64,000 nt of DNA from the NCBI GenBank assembly GCA_011109175.1, contig RDEW01000011.1, forward strand, positions 807,061-871,060, given 5' to 3'. Origin of the DNA: Dicyema japonicum. Taxonomy: Eukaryota; Animalia; Dicyemida. The notes beneath the pieces were generated by a model that saw nothing but the letters and a program-made list of their open reading frames with translations, did not search any database and was not told the origin of the DNA. How positions within the stretch are numbered: the stretch's first letter is position 1; every line of letters starts with the position of its first letter. A program made the position numbers and the translations under genes. Below, in pieces: positions 28,190 through 40,530 of this stretch.

Positions 28190-28600
28190 TATTTTAGAAC
28201 CCCTAGGTCACTAAGAAAGTGTTAAAAAAACGACTAAGTGATCTCAGCTTTCTAAAAATCTTTGAGTCTTTTCTTCCTGTGTTCTAGCTGTAAAACAGTA
28301 GAGCATCTGCAAAAGCTTTGAAATGAACTCGGTCGGGGTGCTATTCTTTAGAAACAATCGGAGATTTATTGCGCGATCAATTCCATCACCCAATGGTTTT
28401 CCTAGTTTTTTGCTGACGCTGGAAAACCGCGGCCATGGTTCCTTGTGATTCCTCTGAGAATGAAGAGGGAGGCTGCAATAGCGGGGGAAGCATACGTGAA
28501 ATGGTCTGATTGAGTACAATTTGTCGAGTTTGTAGGTGGATACCACAAAGCTCCATGCGGGACAGGCGTATTCGATTGTATGCTATTATTATTTATCGAC
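28190..28600 (-). mobile_element. I/Jockey-like LINE 3' end
   Basis: IEYACPAWS...LDKL, ending in the GATCAC...GTGACC hairpin, a G-run and a (TAA)n tail. Confidence 0.6.
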
Positions 28601-29329
28601 CATGACCGACACAATTGCTTTATCTATTAATAGACCAGTCCTTGCAGTAATGAAGGTAAGTGAATAATAAAACCTGGTTAATGACTACTAAGTGGTACAT
28701 GATGGAGTTTTATATGATTTTTTTGTCAAAATACGGCGACCTAAAATCGATTTCGATTTATTAATCAATCGTAATTTAACGTTCATTTAAAACGCCGTTT
28801 TTTGTAAAATTGGTAACGCGTGGTTATTTCTGGCTGTTATTACGTGGTATGCTAAGATTATCAGCATTAAATGTTTATTATGGATTGCTGTGTCTCATTG
28901 ATTAGCGGAATTGACGTGTTTTGTTGCCATGCTGTTTGTTTTCATAATTTGGCAACAGCTGCCTCATTGTTTGCTTAGAATGTTTTAGAATGGACCTGGA
29001 GAACGCAAAGAAACAGTTCAATAACATTTTTTCATCGCTGGAGCCATCCCACAAGATCATCTTTGTTCTTTGGGTGGAGTTTGTATGCGCAGAATACAAA
29101 ACCACCAATACATTTAGTTCTGGTTTTCGTGTTTTTTTTACATTTTCGTAGAAAATGGAGCTTTAAAAAGTGGCTCATGTCCATTTTTTGTGGAATGGTC
29201 TCTGAGAATAATTCAAAGACAGTTAATACTCCTTCCTTGCCAATCCCCCAGTTTATAACAACCAGGGAGACCTGTGATGAATTGAATATTATATCCCCCG
29301 GAGGTGAATTTAACAACAATAATGAAATA

Positions 29330-29560
29330 ATATCCGAGATATTACCTGTCAAGAGGAAAGGCAATGATTTAGCCCGTCGTGTATCTGCGAAATACCGGGC
29401 AATTGCAGTTCCCTGATGATGTATATTCAACACAGGATCAATTAATGTGTCGATTTTGTGAACAATGTTTGGATTATCGTAGACTTGACTCTGTTAAAGA
29501 CCACATTCGTTCAAAGAAGCATTCTTTGAACAAAAAAAAGAGTAATTCTGATAAAATATT
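29330..29560 (+). mobile_element. CGGBP1-type zinc finger (hAT-derived transposase N-terminus), frameshifted
   Basis: RRVSAKYRA / QFPDDVYSTQDQLMCRFCEQCLDYRRLDSVKDHIRSKKH resembles CGGBP1 LFCTSCNVVLNHVRKSAISDHLKSKTH. Confidence 0.7.
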
Positions 29561-29769
29561 GGAAGTTCATAATGGGGAAATATAATTTAATTATTTTTGT
29601 TGTCAGTTTAACATTTTTGGTAACATTTACTTAATATAATGACCTCATAATTATTATTCACGTAACATTCTTATTCTTTTGACATACTTTTAATCCTCTG
29701 TGTCATTTTTTGAATTATAGTTGTGGTGGTGTGTCTAAAACCGCTGTTGTCCATTCTCTTAGTAATTTA

Positions 29770-30220
29770 TATTGTTGATTACCTCAAGATGACTTGGTTA
29801 GCTAAATAACTGATCCCAGACCGACAAGAGGGAGATCGATGCCAGAGAGGATGGAAATGGTGGCAGCTTATATTTTTGGAGTTTTCAATGCAACAAGAGC
29901 TTTTTGGAGGTAAGCTGTCTATATTAGTTTGTATAGTCGCTCGAGCAGATGTGTTTTGAGAGATTGGAATGGGAGGTAGGACGGATGAAAATGTTAATTC
30001 GGATCAAGTAAGATGAGAATGGGAGATGGTCACTGATCGTGAAGTTGCGTCTGTTGACTGGATAAACTGCCTGTAGAGGCAGCTAACATTGCTTCTGAGA
30101 GTTTTGGAGGTGAATTTAGAGCTGTCATTCAAAATATCTACAATCATACAAAAAGTTTGGGCCGATACTATGCCAGATGATGAGAAGAGCTGTACAGGAT
30201 TCTTGACCCCGCCGGACTCG
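29770..30220 (-). mobile_element. Internally deleted LINE (APE C-terminus joined to 3' tail)
   Basis: ISDHLP APE motif, followed by the tail TGTCGGTCTGGGATCAG shared with 30225-30303 and 55775-55852. Confidence 0.5.
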
Positions 30221-30224
30221 TCCT

Positions 30225-30303
30225 CTCCCTCGTCGGTCTGGATCACTTTGTCAGTTGAGAACTTTTATATTTTTTTGACCCAGTGATCCTGGGGTAATAA
30301 TAA
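30225..30303 (+). mobile_element. LINE/SINE 3' tail with hairpin and (TAA)n
   Basis: GGATCACT (30240-30247) pairs with AGTGATCC (30282-30289), followed by TGGGG TAATAATAA. Confidence 0.6.
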
Positions 30304-30539
30304 TAGTTATATTATTAAAAAGGGGATGGAGGATGAAAAAGTTTGGAGAAAAAAGTCAACAATTTTTTTAAATTGACATTTTTTTAGATATAACAAAGAG
30401 TCGAGGAAAATCGCACTTTTGTAATTGAAATATTTGAAAATCATCGTAAATGTTTGGATGAAGTCGTCTTTTGTGCAAGCAACGTTAGCGACTTTGCATT
30501 TAAGAAACAGAGCACCAAGAAGGCATCAAAGGAAAATAA

Positions 30540-31340
30540 TTAAGTGATCTCACCTTCTATCAATTTCCGAATTCTCATCAAGCACTCCCCAGCTATCCGT
30601 CGTTTTTAGGAAGCGTCTTCTCGGATTCCTGCAGAGAACAGGATTGGAATGTCTTTCACGGTTGGTCTCGATTCCTCAGCATGTATAACTTTTCCCCCAA
30701 ATGAGTTTCCTGGTTTTTGCAAAGCGCAGAAAATCTATCATTCTGACCGACTCCTCTGACAAGAGAGTTCCTTTGTGTGAGAGAAGAAGACGTGGGGTTT
30801 TCCGTCAAAGGACAGCTCGGTAGACTAGCCGCCTTTAAAAAGTTTCTGTTATGGTTCAATTAAGAAATTTTCAATAGGCTATATTTTTGTGTTTTGCCCA
30901 ATTAACCTTACTTCAGTCTCTTGGGTTGCAGATAGTTTCAAGAACGAGGATCGTGAAGTCTGTATTCCCACAAAGGACTTGCATACGTCATCGTGGGTCG
31001 GATAAATTGTTCAAAAACTGTGGCAAGACTACCGCTTTGCTCTCAACATGTCGGATAAAAGAGAGTTCTATATCAAAGGTACCCCCAAAATCCTTGGTGC
31101 TTTGTTAGTAGGCATAGCCCCGTTCTTCATAAGAATTTTTGGTTCGACACAGAACTGTCTATTTCACGCTGTAAACAGCATAACGGAGGACTATGTTTCT
31201 GATGTGTCGAGCCTCCGCTTCGAGAGCCATAGTTCCAGCTTCTCAAGCATTTTTTTGGGCGGACTGATTGTTGATTGAATGGCAATGTCCTTGGAGGCAA
31301 GAATAATGTCGTCGGCGTAGGAGAGGATTAGACAGTTCTC
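30540..31340 (-). mobile_element. I/Jockey-like LINE RT plus 3' region
   Basis: ILSYADDIILAS...LELWLSKRRL...PRILGVPFD; ends in GAGATCAC. Confidence 0.75.
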
Positions 31341-31409
31341 ATTACTTTTAGTGAAAAATCATACAGTTGGAGATACCAGGCGAACCACAATGGACATAAC
31401 ATATATTGA

Positions 31410-31740
31410 ATTATTATTATCTGCCCCCGAAAAAGGGAACACAACAAAAAAGAAGTTAAACCATCTAAATAAGTGATCCCGGTAGACTTGAACAGGATCG
31501 AGATCTTTTTGCTGTGCTAGTCCATAGAACCCACAGTTATTCTGAATCCAAGACGTTACTCTTTCATGAGAATTTAGAGAGGCGTGGTCTTTTTACTAGC
31601 TTACGTGTATCGGCGGCTTCTATCGCGGATTGGTCGAAGCGATCGGATTCTGAGCCACAAAGAGTAATGAAACGAGAACTATTATTCCGGTTTACCGCGT
31701 TTTCGAGTAATGGGGGAATAGTTGAGCAGAGAAATTGACC
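31410..31740 (-). mobile_element. LINE 3' end
   Basis: DNA homology to 57980-58060 (TCTCGATCCTGTT..TACCGGGATCACTTA), with a G-run and (TAA)n tail. Confidence 0.55.
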
Positions 31741-31899
31741 ATTTTTTGCTCTTAGGGAATCTATCTGTAGAAGTATCGAATTTAATTAATTTATTAACCC
31801 CAGTTAATCAATATTGAATCGTTTATTATTATTAAGGCACTTTCACGAAAGCCATAATATTAATAGCCCATATGTAACACTTATAGAAACAATATTTAT

Positions 31900-32430
31900 A
31901 GTTAATCTCTTTCATCTTCCTCTGTCGAATGCTAGTGATCTCAATTCGTCCAGGTCGTCCCCAGTCTTTAGATTTTTTCTCACACGATTTAAGTCTTTGT
32001 TTAAGGCTGTCGGAAGTGTCGATCTAGGTCGTCCGCGGAAGGGTTTGTCGCAACTGTCAAAGTAATCTTCCATCGCTTTGTTAGCGGGTGCGTCCGGGTT
32101 CATTCTTAATACATTCCCAAATAGTCTCCACTGGGCATCTATCACATCCTTGCTGATGTACGAACACATACACTTATTATAAACACCAGTGGTTGATATT
32201 TATGCGTGGCCACTCCATTCCGAGTAAGCTTCTTAGTTGCCTTCAATGGAACAAATCCAGTTTCGATAGTTCGTTGAAAGAACTTCCCAAGGTCCCAGCG
32301 TTGTACAGTAGGATCGGTTTCACAAGGCGTTGTAAAGCCTGCATCTGATGTCAATTCCAAGTCCTTTGGCTCTTAACCATCCTTTCCTCAGTTTAGTCAT
32401 TGCCGAATTTGCCAGTGTTTTCCTCCTTTA
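31900..32430 (-). mobile_element. RTE C-terminal fragment
   Basis: RKTLANSAMTKLRKGWLR...QWRLFGNVLRMNPDAPANKAM...RGRPRSTLPTALNKDL. Confidence 0.8.
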
Positions 32431-32507
32431 TTAATCGTTTATTATGAGTAATTATTATTTATTATTTTAAAATATTTTATTTAAAAAAATATTTAAATAT
32501 ATTAGTG

Positions 32508-34512
32508 ATGGCGTTTAGTTTTATAGCTACTGAAGTGGACAAATTATTAGAAGATAAAGTAAATTAAAATTATCAATAGAACATTACATTGGAAAGACTT
32601 ATTGAGGAACCTGATATAATACAGGAAACTAGAGCTGGAAATATTAATTTGATAAATTTGTATTATCTATATTAAACATAGTCTAAAAGCCGAAGAAAAC
32701 ATAATAAAATTAAAAGACATATCATTGTCAGATCCTCCCGAGTTAAATTCACTCAAAGACTTTAAATATAGTAGCATTGCCTGTGATATTCTCTCATCAC
32801 CTGTTCGTGCTATTGCTGAGTCTGTTATTACTATTTTACCGCATTTCTTCGATCATTTAGATAATGATGTTGTACATCCTGTTACTATGAGTTTTATTCT
32901 CAAAATATTGTACAATAGTCTATTTTACTGCTGTGATGAGGTACAGTAATATTTATGTTTAGTTTATTAGCATAGTAAGGGAGAGTGGTAACTTTATATA
33001 TTTATTGTTAAAACACATAGACGTGTTTGCTGTCTCCGGATTTATTTGTGATATTTATTCTACCCCCTCTCCTCTGTTAGAAGTACTTATTTTGTCTTTT
33101 TAAGTATTTTGATCAAACTGGTTTGTCCCTCAGACTTGTACTGTGTCTCAATAATGAGGTTAATTTAATTTATTATTAGAAATCTGGTGTTGTTACCCGA
33201 CTTTTGTGTGATCTTCTGAATGGGCCTGTAGATATATTCACCGTTGAATTCGGTCAATCTCTGTTAATAGAACACTCCGTTATATCCCGTCTATGTGAAA
33301 TGCTTACTCTACCAAATTGTCACAATGTAGTATTAGTACTATGCTCTATATTTGATCCCATATACGTTGAGTTTGTATATTATTTACTCGTAGTGATGAT
33401 TCGTTACAAATGCCCCACAAATATGACACAATTACGTTATTGGACCAACTGGCTGATAATTGTTCGTATTTTGTCACAATATTACAGGTTGTTGATTATT
33501 ATCTATTAGTTCACCCCCAATACTCCATTGGGTATACTTCGTCTTTCATTAGTAAGACTTATTGCTTCCACCATTAAGCATAACCACGTCGCTTATATTA
33601 ATGCCATCGAATCACTCAAAATTGTTATTCTTATCATGGTCTCACTATATTTTATTGTAGGATCTGTTTTTTCATTATCCATTCCATTCATTGTTACACT
33701 TCCAGGTACATAGACTACTTCACTCGATCTTTCGTCTGTCAACAACATTTCCATTTTTGATAAACTGGCTATACAGATTTTTACTGAATATGGACTCATT
33801 ACCCGTCTTTTGGATGTTTTTGACAAGGAATATTAGTTTGCTTAATGTTATTTTGTAGTTTATTCAATTATTCCAATCGACAAGGCGACTACACTGCACA
33901 AGGAATGGATCTCATTGTCTTTGTGTATCAACTCACTAAGGATAACGTTGATTCTCCTGTTCTCTTGGGTTTATTAGTAATCACATGACAGAACTTGCCA
34001 ATTCTCCCACGTGGATTAAATTCTGTGAGGACAACCTTGATAAATATAATAGTGATAATAACTGTAAAGAAGAGAATGAAATAAGTGAAGAAATAGTATT
34101 GGATGATATCGATGATATGACAGTAAGGTATATTATGTTTTTATATTGGCTTATGATGATTTTATTGCGTTATCCTCTCAGTTACCAACACTGCCATCAG
34201 TAGAATCCACAATCAATGACTCTATTACTGTTGACTTATCAATGAGGTTATTCTCTCTATATACGTAAGAGATCCATTTGAGGATATTGATAAGACTGTC
34301 AAAGTAATGCAAGTCAATGATGATAATGTTACTCCGTTTGGTGAGACAAGAGAGAAGAGACCAATTGTCTTTGGTGAGTGTTTGGAGAAAGTTCATAAAA
34401 ATGAGTATTAATTTGACTTATTTTAAGATGTGATTGGGTGGATGATGTCTGGGATTCATTTGATAATAATTTGGCAAGACATCCTACTTTTATGTTTTTG
34501 GATGATGATTAA
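32508..34512 (+). CDS. PPP6R3: PP6 phosphatase regulatory subunit (SAPS / SIT4-associated protein family), multi-exon
   Basis: Spliced N-terminus MAFSFIATEVDKLLEDKNITLERLIEEPDIIQETRAGNINLINFL matches the PPP6R start ([26 protein letters not shown]...LIEFL), followed by FKYSSIACDILS and LLKHI. Introns include 32559-32579, 32660-32681 and 33159-33179. The exact paralogue is not resolvable. Confidence 0.85.
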
Positions 34513-34619
34513 TTCTATTATTTGTCTACCTAACAGTATATTTAGTTATACTTTGTTTACTCCTCATGTCCTTTATAAGCTGTAAACTGGGTAACGGTTA
34601 ATAGTTGTGATGACACAAA

Positions 34620-35100
34620 TCAGAGGAGGGTCAACCGTACATCATCGCAAGTGCTCAGGGGATCAGAATTACTTTCCGACGGTTGATGTTTTCAAATCTG
34701 TGGAGACTTTCAAGGATCCCAAGAATGGGTGGACTCGACTAATCAATCTGTCAAGGATAGGTTTGCTCTGGCAGTTTTTGTCATTGACTTTAAAAATTGA
34801 CGAACGTTCGAGTCACTTCTGACAGAACTTGTACACGTCTTTCACAGGTGTGCCTATCAGTTGTGTGAACAATGATCATCAGGAGAACAACTTACGAGAC
34901 CTGTCACGGGTCGACGAAGTGTTCCGTAAAATTATCTCCTTACCTTCCAACAAATTCAATGGTGAAGTGTCGCCTAGTATTGACAGGGCTATTAGGGGGT
35001 TTCTTTTCTCAGAAGTTTATTGAGCTTTTTTGTCAGTTTCTCTTATTCTGTATGCTACTCAAATAACCTACGATGAATTGACGGAAAGGCCCAGAATTCC
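34620..35100 (+). mobile_element. Degenerate LINE APE endonuclease fragment
   Basis: ICGDFQG and LSRVD-like motifs in a disrupted frame. Confidence 0.4.
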
Positions 35101-35849
35101 AGTAAATGGAGGGAAATACTCTAGCAAAGATTGGAAAACAAAAGTTTCACTTAAACTGGAAACAATGAGTGGGAGTAATGAAGTCAAGGCTCCACTACGG
35201 CATCGGGCTGTTTAAGTAGGATCTCAATTAGTCGAGACGAGCCAAAGCTGAGGTAGAAGAGTCCGCTACGGTATATAAGAAAAAAACTCCTCTCTCATGA
35301 CTACAGGTGCATTTTGAATCGGGAGAACAATCTGTTTGAGTTTAATCGCATAATTTTTTACCGCCGATTGCATGAAACTACTAAACAAAATGCTGAGATG
35401 TTTTCCACGTGGGTGAGTGTGTGGAAGAACTCGAAAAGGGTTAATGAGATCTATTCCAGGTGAGACCAGAACCTTGATGACCGAGTCTTGTGGGGTGCTC
35501 GACACTCACATAAGTTGACTATTTCTGTGTTTCAATCTCCTTAAAAATACCACCGATCCTATAGAGATCCAAAATTCTACCACGTCCGATTGGAGGTTCT
35601 CTGAAGCGAAGATGGTTTTGACAGCGTCTTGGAATGAGCATGCACGTAAAAATGGCCACGCTCACCTCTCAGCTAGTGCGCCTAAAAATAATATAAAAAT
35701 TAGCTTTTTAGTTCAAAAATTAGGTTTCTGTTGGTCTTAAGTTGATTATGTTGTCCACCTTTATGGCATTACGTCGATAGTTTCCTTTGCAGAGGGTGAA
35801 GGTCAATAAGGACCATAAGTATGATTTTCTGACAAACGATTAGGCATAA

Positions 35850-36520
35850 TGGATAACTGCAGGGTCCTCGTCATACTAATGTAATTACGTGGAAAGGAAT
35901 TGTCTCCCAGTATCACAAAGGATATTTAAGTCAGTTGGGAGTTGATGAGTATTTACAAGTCTATATGCCAGAGGACTTTAGAGAGTACATCTTTCGAATA
36001 GCTGAGGTCAACTCCATTTATGTCATTAGGACATAGGGTGGCACTGAAAACCTTATACTCAGATGTTTTTTGAATAGTAGGAGGCATTTGGGGGACGGAG
36101 AAGGAAAGGACTTCCAACGTTAACTTAGATTTATTGTTTTTAAATTAAGAAGTTTCCCCCCTTTAAACCAATGGTTAACCGATACGAGAGTATTCAACTC
36201 CTTCGAACTTACGAATGAACTCAGTGGGGGAACAATGATAACGTAGACACATCTGATCAACACTAAACCATATGAGTTTGGGGATGTCGACGTTCGCCGT
36301 ATTCTCTCTGAGGTAAGACTGCATATGAAACCCACAAACAAGGAAAGTCAGAAATAAACTTGGGAGAGGACTAACATAGCCATGTTCCAGAGTGAATCTA
36401 ATTTGGAGAGAAAATATACTGTGTCTGAGGAACGCAGGGATTTGAGGTGATGTATTGTCTCCTGCAAAGAAATAGTAGACCGTCCCAACCGTGAATTCCT
36501 ACTCAACTTTAATTACGTTA
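35850..36520 (-). mobile_element. Degenerate LINE APE endonuclease fragment
   Basis: TISLQET and FVILGD motifs occur in the expected order. Confidence 0.45.
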
Positions 36521-36708
36521 TCATTTGCGGTGACCTTCAAAAACTACAGGAAAACGAAAATTTAAGGCAGAAATATAAAGGTTTTTGGAAGACTTCTTTG
36601 TGGTTAAATTTACCTCTCAGCCGTGGACCTTTTTCAACTCCGCTATATTGTCAGCTGACAATAAATTAATCCCCCGTTCCTCTCACGGTGTGACACTTGA
36701 TAAAGAGC

Positions 36709-36919
36709 CAAACTAAAGATTTTTATTGTCGGCAAACCACCTGATGTCACAATACGGCAAGATCAGTCACATTTTTACGTCAAAAGATATTCGACCTAAA
36801 AAAGTCCAACCTCCACGAGGTAAGAGGGGTAACTTTGATCCATGACTTGATCTCAAAGGTCTTGATGGCATATGTATACTCAACTTGAAACACCTCCGAC
36901 CTAACAGACTCAGTTCTCT
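36709..36919. repeat. Unclassified ~210-bp interspersed repeat, copy 1
   Basis: About 96% identical to 41242-41451, with the same left (CAAACTAAA) and right (CAGTTCTCT) boundaries. Confidence 0.9.
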
Positions 36920-37814
36920 AACATCTTTGGATCACTGCTTTGGTGAGAAATCATGGAATTTGTTAGTTTGATTTTACTGTGGTTTTTCGAGTGATTTTAT
37001 TTCATAACGGAATAGCGGAAATTTTACGAGAATTAACGATTAACTCCCTATGGGGTTGAATCAGGTACCTTGGAAGACTACTGTAAGACTCGTCTTTGGG
37101 TAGATACTGGTGCCTGAACCATGATGTGAATCAATCCACAAGGTACCCATAAAAGTCATCAGTAGCTGTTCCTTACCTTAGTCTTGTTGAGTATTAAAAC
37201 GTCCACGTCAAAGGATTCTAGAATTTTTCCAAAGCCTCCTTTCTCAACCAAAAAGACCAGCTTTCACCAAAATGAGCATGATTTCGAACACAACTCCTTC
37301 TTGTAGCAAAGTGCTATATCGCTAAGGTCGTTAATGAAAGTCACTCCACTACTGCTACAATAGCTCCTTACCATCCGATGAGAGTGCTTACTCCACCCCT
37401 GCTCCGAGACCTTTTATCCAAAATATTGAAGATAATTTAGTTAACCAAAATTCGCATTAAATAATTTATTTTTCGTGTTAACTCAAAATAAGTCTCGATA
37501 ATTCTCTTATCATACACAAATCATAATTTCTGTACATTCCAGGGACTCCGGGTATTCAGAAATGCATCAACGGTTCTGATGATGATTATCGACATAATCA
37601 AAATTCAAAGAATGTAATCAATAATTGTTAACATTCATCAACAGCTAATCCTCCTTATTCAATCTGCTGCATAAGTGGGTTTCCGCATTCTAGGCTACTT
37701 TGCGCATAAACCAGACACTAACCACGATGGATCGACCTAACCACAAGCTAATCAGTGATCTAACACGATAACAAAGAATAAGAGTGAATAACGAGGAAAT
37801 AATATTAATGAAAG

Positions 37815-39023
37815 TTAACTAAAAGGACCATTATCAATCTGAAGTTCATCCTGTCTAACAGAATTCCTTATTTTGAAGTTTTCGTACATGGCGCTAACAA
37901 GATCAGTCACGACAAGATCAGTAGTGTTATGTGAGATCATCCTCATAGCAAAGACCCCATCAGCCCTCAAATAGTTAACAACAAAATCTCTAATAAGATG
38001 AGAATCGTGAATATCAAGCAACTCCGATCTGATGTGTTTGTGAATATATTGGATCCTGTTATGCTTGAAGAGAGTATACATAATCCACTTCAATAGTGAG
38101 AAGGTATTAAACAGAATAACCATGACCAGCCAAAACCAGTAGAATCCAAAGATAGCCTCAGAGAACAGATTAATGGACAAAACACACTGCACGGTATAAC
38201 GATGACCAATAATCTCATATCCCATCTCCCTTATGTTGAAGTCACACAGAGTCACTCTTGGGAAGTAAATAGAGTCCGTTAATCGCTGCCCATTAATAAA
38301 ATGGTAGAACAGTCCGATTCCATAGAATGTGATGTTTCCGTTAGAAAGTAGCATATCAGTGAGAATAAACTGTATGATAGTGTTGATTAAATATAATAGT
38401 TTGGTAGTGACATACAACAGGGATAAATAATTCCCATATTTTCTCCCAGTACATACACACGTTGCTTTAATCAACTCCTTAATAAAGTCAACCCTTTTGG
38501 TGTTTGGTCGATTCCACCGTTTTCTCATATCCAAATATCTGTCAAAGTGTTTTGTTAGCATTTTAACACAGTTATCTTTGGAATCAATAGATCCGGCCTC
38601 GACATAGTCATTTGCTATTCCTATTATATTCTCCAAGTTCATTCCACTTGAATCATTGTTTCCCCTCCAAAACAAACACGGGATTTGATAAAAAGAGAGC
38701 CAGTGATAATAATATGAATGGCATCCACTGGTAATAACGAAGTTGAGGTTTATCCTGATAGTTATCTGTCTCTGGTACTGATGCATCCATTTCAATGTAG
38801 TATGTATTCTTCACCCAACATATATTTGATGTGTAACGAATATAATTAGTTGTAAATTGGGCTGGACACCAACAGTCTATTGGGTCACCTACATATTGAC
38901 GTGTTGTTACGACTACTGAAAATAATAGTAATAACATTGCTGTATATATGTGGTTTAGTCGGTCTGTTGAATCATCATCTACTCGCTTCCTGCTGTACTT
39001 TTTAATACATTCAACAAGTCCAT
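37815..39023 (-). CDS. inx: Innexin (gap-junction protein), about 402 aa, no clear intron, two homopolymer frameshifts
   Basis: DDDSTDRLNH, QYVGDPIDCWCP, CWVKNTYY, YYQW, FPRVTLCDF and QCVLSIN motifs. The frame breaks at an A5 run (38999-39003) and a T5 run (38690-38694). Adding one A and removing one T gives MDLLNVLKKYSRKRVDDD... and ...LALFYQIPCLFWR with canonical spacing. Confidence 0.93.
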
Positions 39024-39924
39024 TACTAGGATTTAAATTATTTATTATTTATTATTATTATTTATTAAACTATTAATAATTATTATATATTCTTATTATC
39101 GTTTAATCATTAAATATTGAATAAAATAAAAAATAATTACAACTATTGGTGGTTGTTAAGTACTTTAATCAATTTCCAGATTAACCATTCTTTAATAATT
39201 AATTGATTATTTTACATTCTGCAATAATTTTCTTTAATCTTTCATTTATTATTTTATCACTGATAAAAATCCCATTAATAACTTATCACTTAGATAACAA
39301 ATCTCCTAGTGACCCTTATGGGACTAGACTCCAGAAAGCGGCCACGTAAGATCAGTTAGCCGACCTGAAACATCATGCGCGGGCACGAGGGAGGAACACC
39401 GGCAAAGATGAGACCACTGCTGGAACGCGTCTGAGTCTTATCTCATTGAGTGTAATCAGACGTCCCAGTCTCCTGAGAAAAGATAGTGATTCCCCAAACG
39501 TGAATCGCTACAGGAACCCTTTGTACTTCCTTGAGACTTAGCCCGATGATGTCTGTAGAGAAAGGAAGTTTCATCCAGCTGCTTTCTGATCAGGCCAACT
39601 GTCTCCAGCATGAGGGTATTCAGCAAACTTCAGTGCATGTTTTACGATATTGGTTATTGAATTATTTTTCGCATAAAATTGAATGCAATTTGTACAATTC
39701 ATGGCTGATTTGGAAAGAAAATCAAGCATTTTGTTTCAGTAGGATGGAATCTTGCTAGCCTTTAAAGGTAAGAAAACACGTATGACAACAATCGCATGAT
39801 TCCTTGTTACAAGATGGACCCTATCCAAGTAAGCCTTAGCGCTACCAGGGACTATCGACAGAAATCCCTGATGGATAGTCTAGAAGCGAGTAGTAATATT
39901 GGTTTAACTGGTTTTTAAAGTCAT

Positions 39925-40030
39925 TATGTCTCGTCCCACACGAGCTACACATGATGGCTACGTGTCACCCATCAATCAATCTGTCACCTGCCATTCAATA
40001 TTATTTGGTTTCTAATCGATAATCATTTTT
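39925..40030 (+). repeat. Short dispersed repeat (second copy at about 52985-53100)
   Basis: Shared GTCCCAC...CCATCAAT...CCTGYCATTCAATATTAWTTGGTTTCTAATC. Confidence 0.55.
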
Positions 40031-40530
40031 CGATAATAGCGGCGGAAACCGGCTGTTCCAAAGGAATTCTCTGGCAGTTGTCAAGGGAAACAGCCATTCC
40101 ATCCTATCAGCTGAATTAATTTGATTGTCTTATACTTAATTGTTTTTTTTATAAAATAAAAAATATATTTTTTAAATGTTTATATTTTTTGACTTGTTTA
40201 ATGTTGATTATTTTTATTTCACTTGAATGTGCCTTAATCTGTGATAACAATACAATATTAAATAAATCTACAACTCGTAGACGTGGTTTTGGATTTCTCC
40301 GCATTTGCGAGGAAGATGGATACCCACTAAGCCTCTCACTGTTCCCCGCAAAAGAAAATCGGTTGGCTAAGAAATTTCTGTCCCCAATCGACATCCTCTG
40401 CAAGAATCAAAGAAGGCATTTCCGTTTGACAGTGGGAACAATGGAGACGCACAGGCTTCGGATGGCACGTTTGGTTGCGGAATCTGGGATCACCTAACCG
40501 GGGTTAATAAATTAATAAAAATAATAAATA

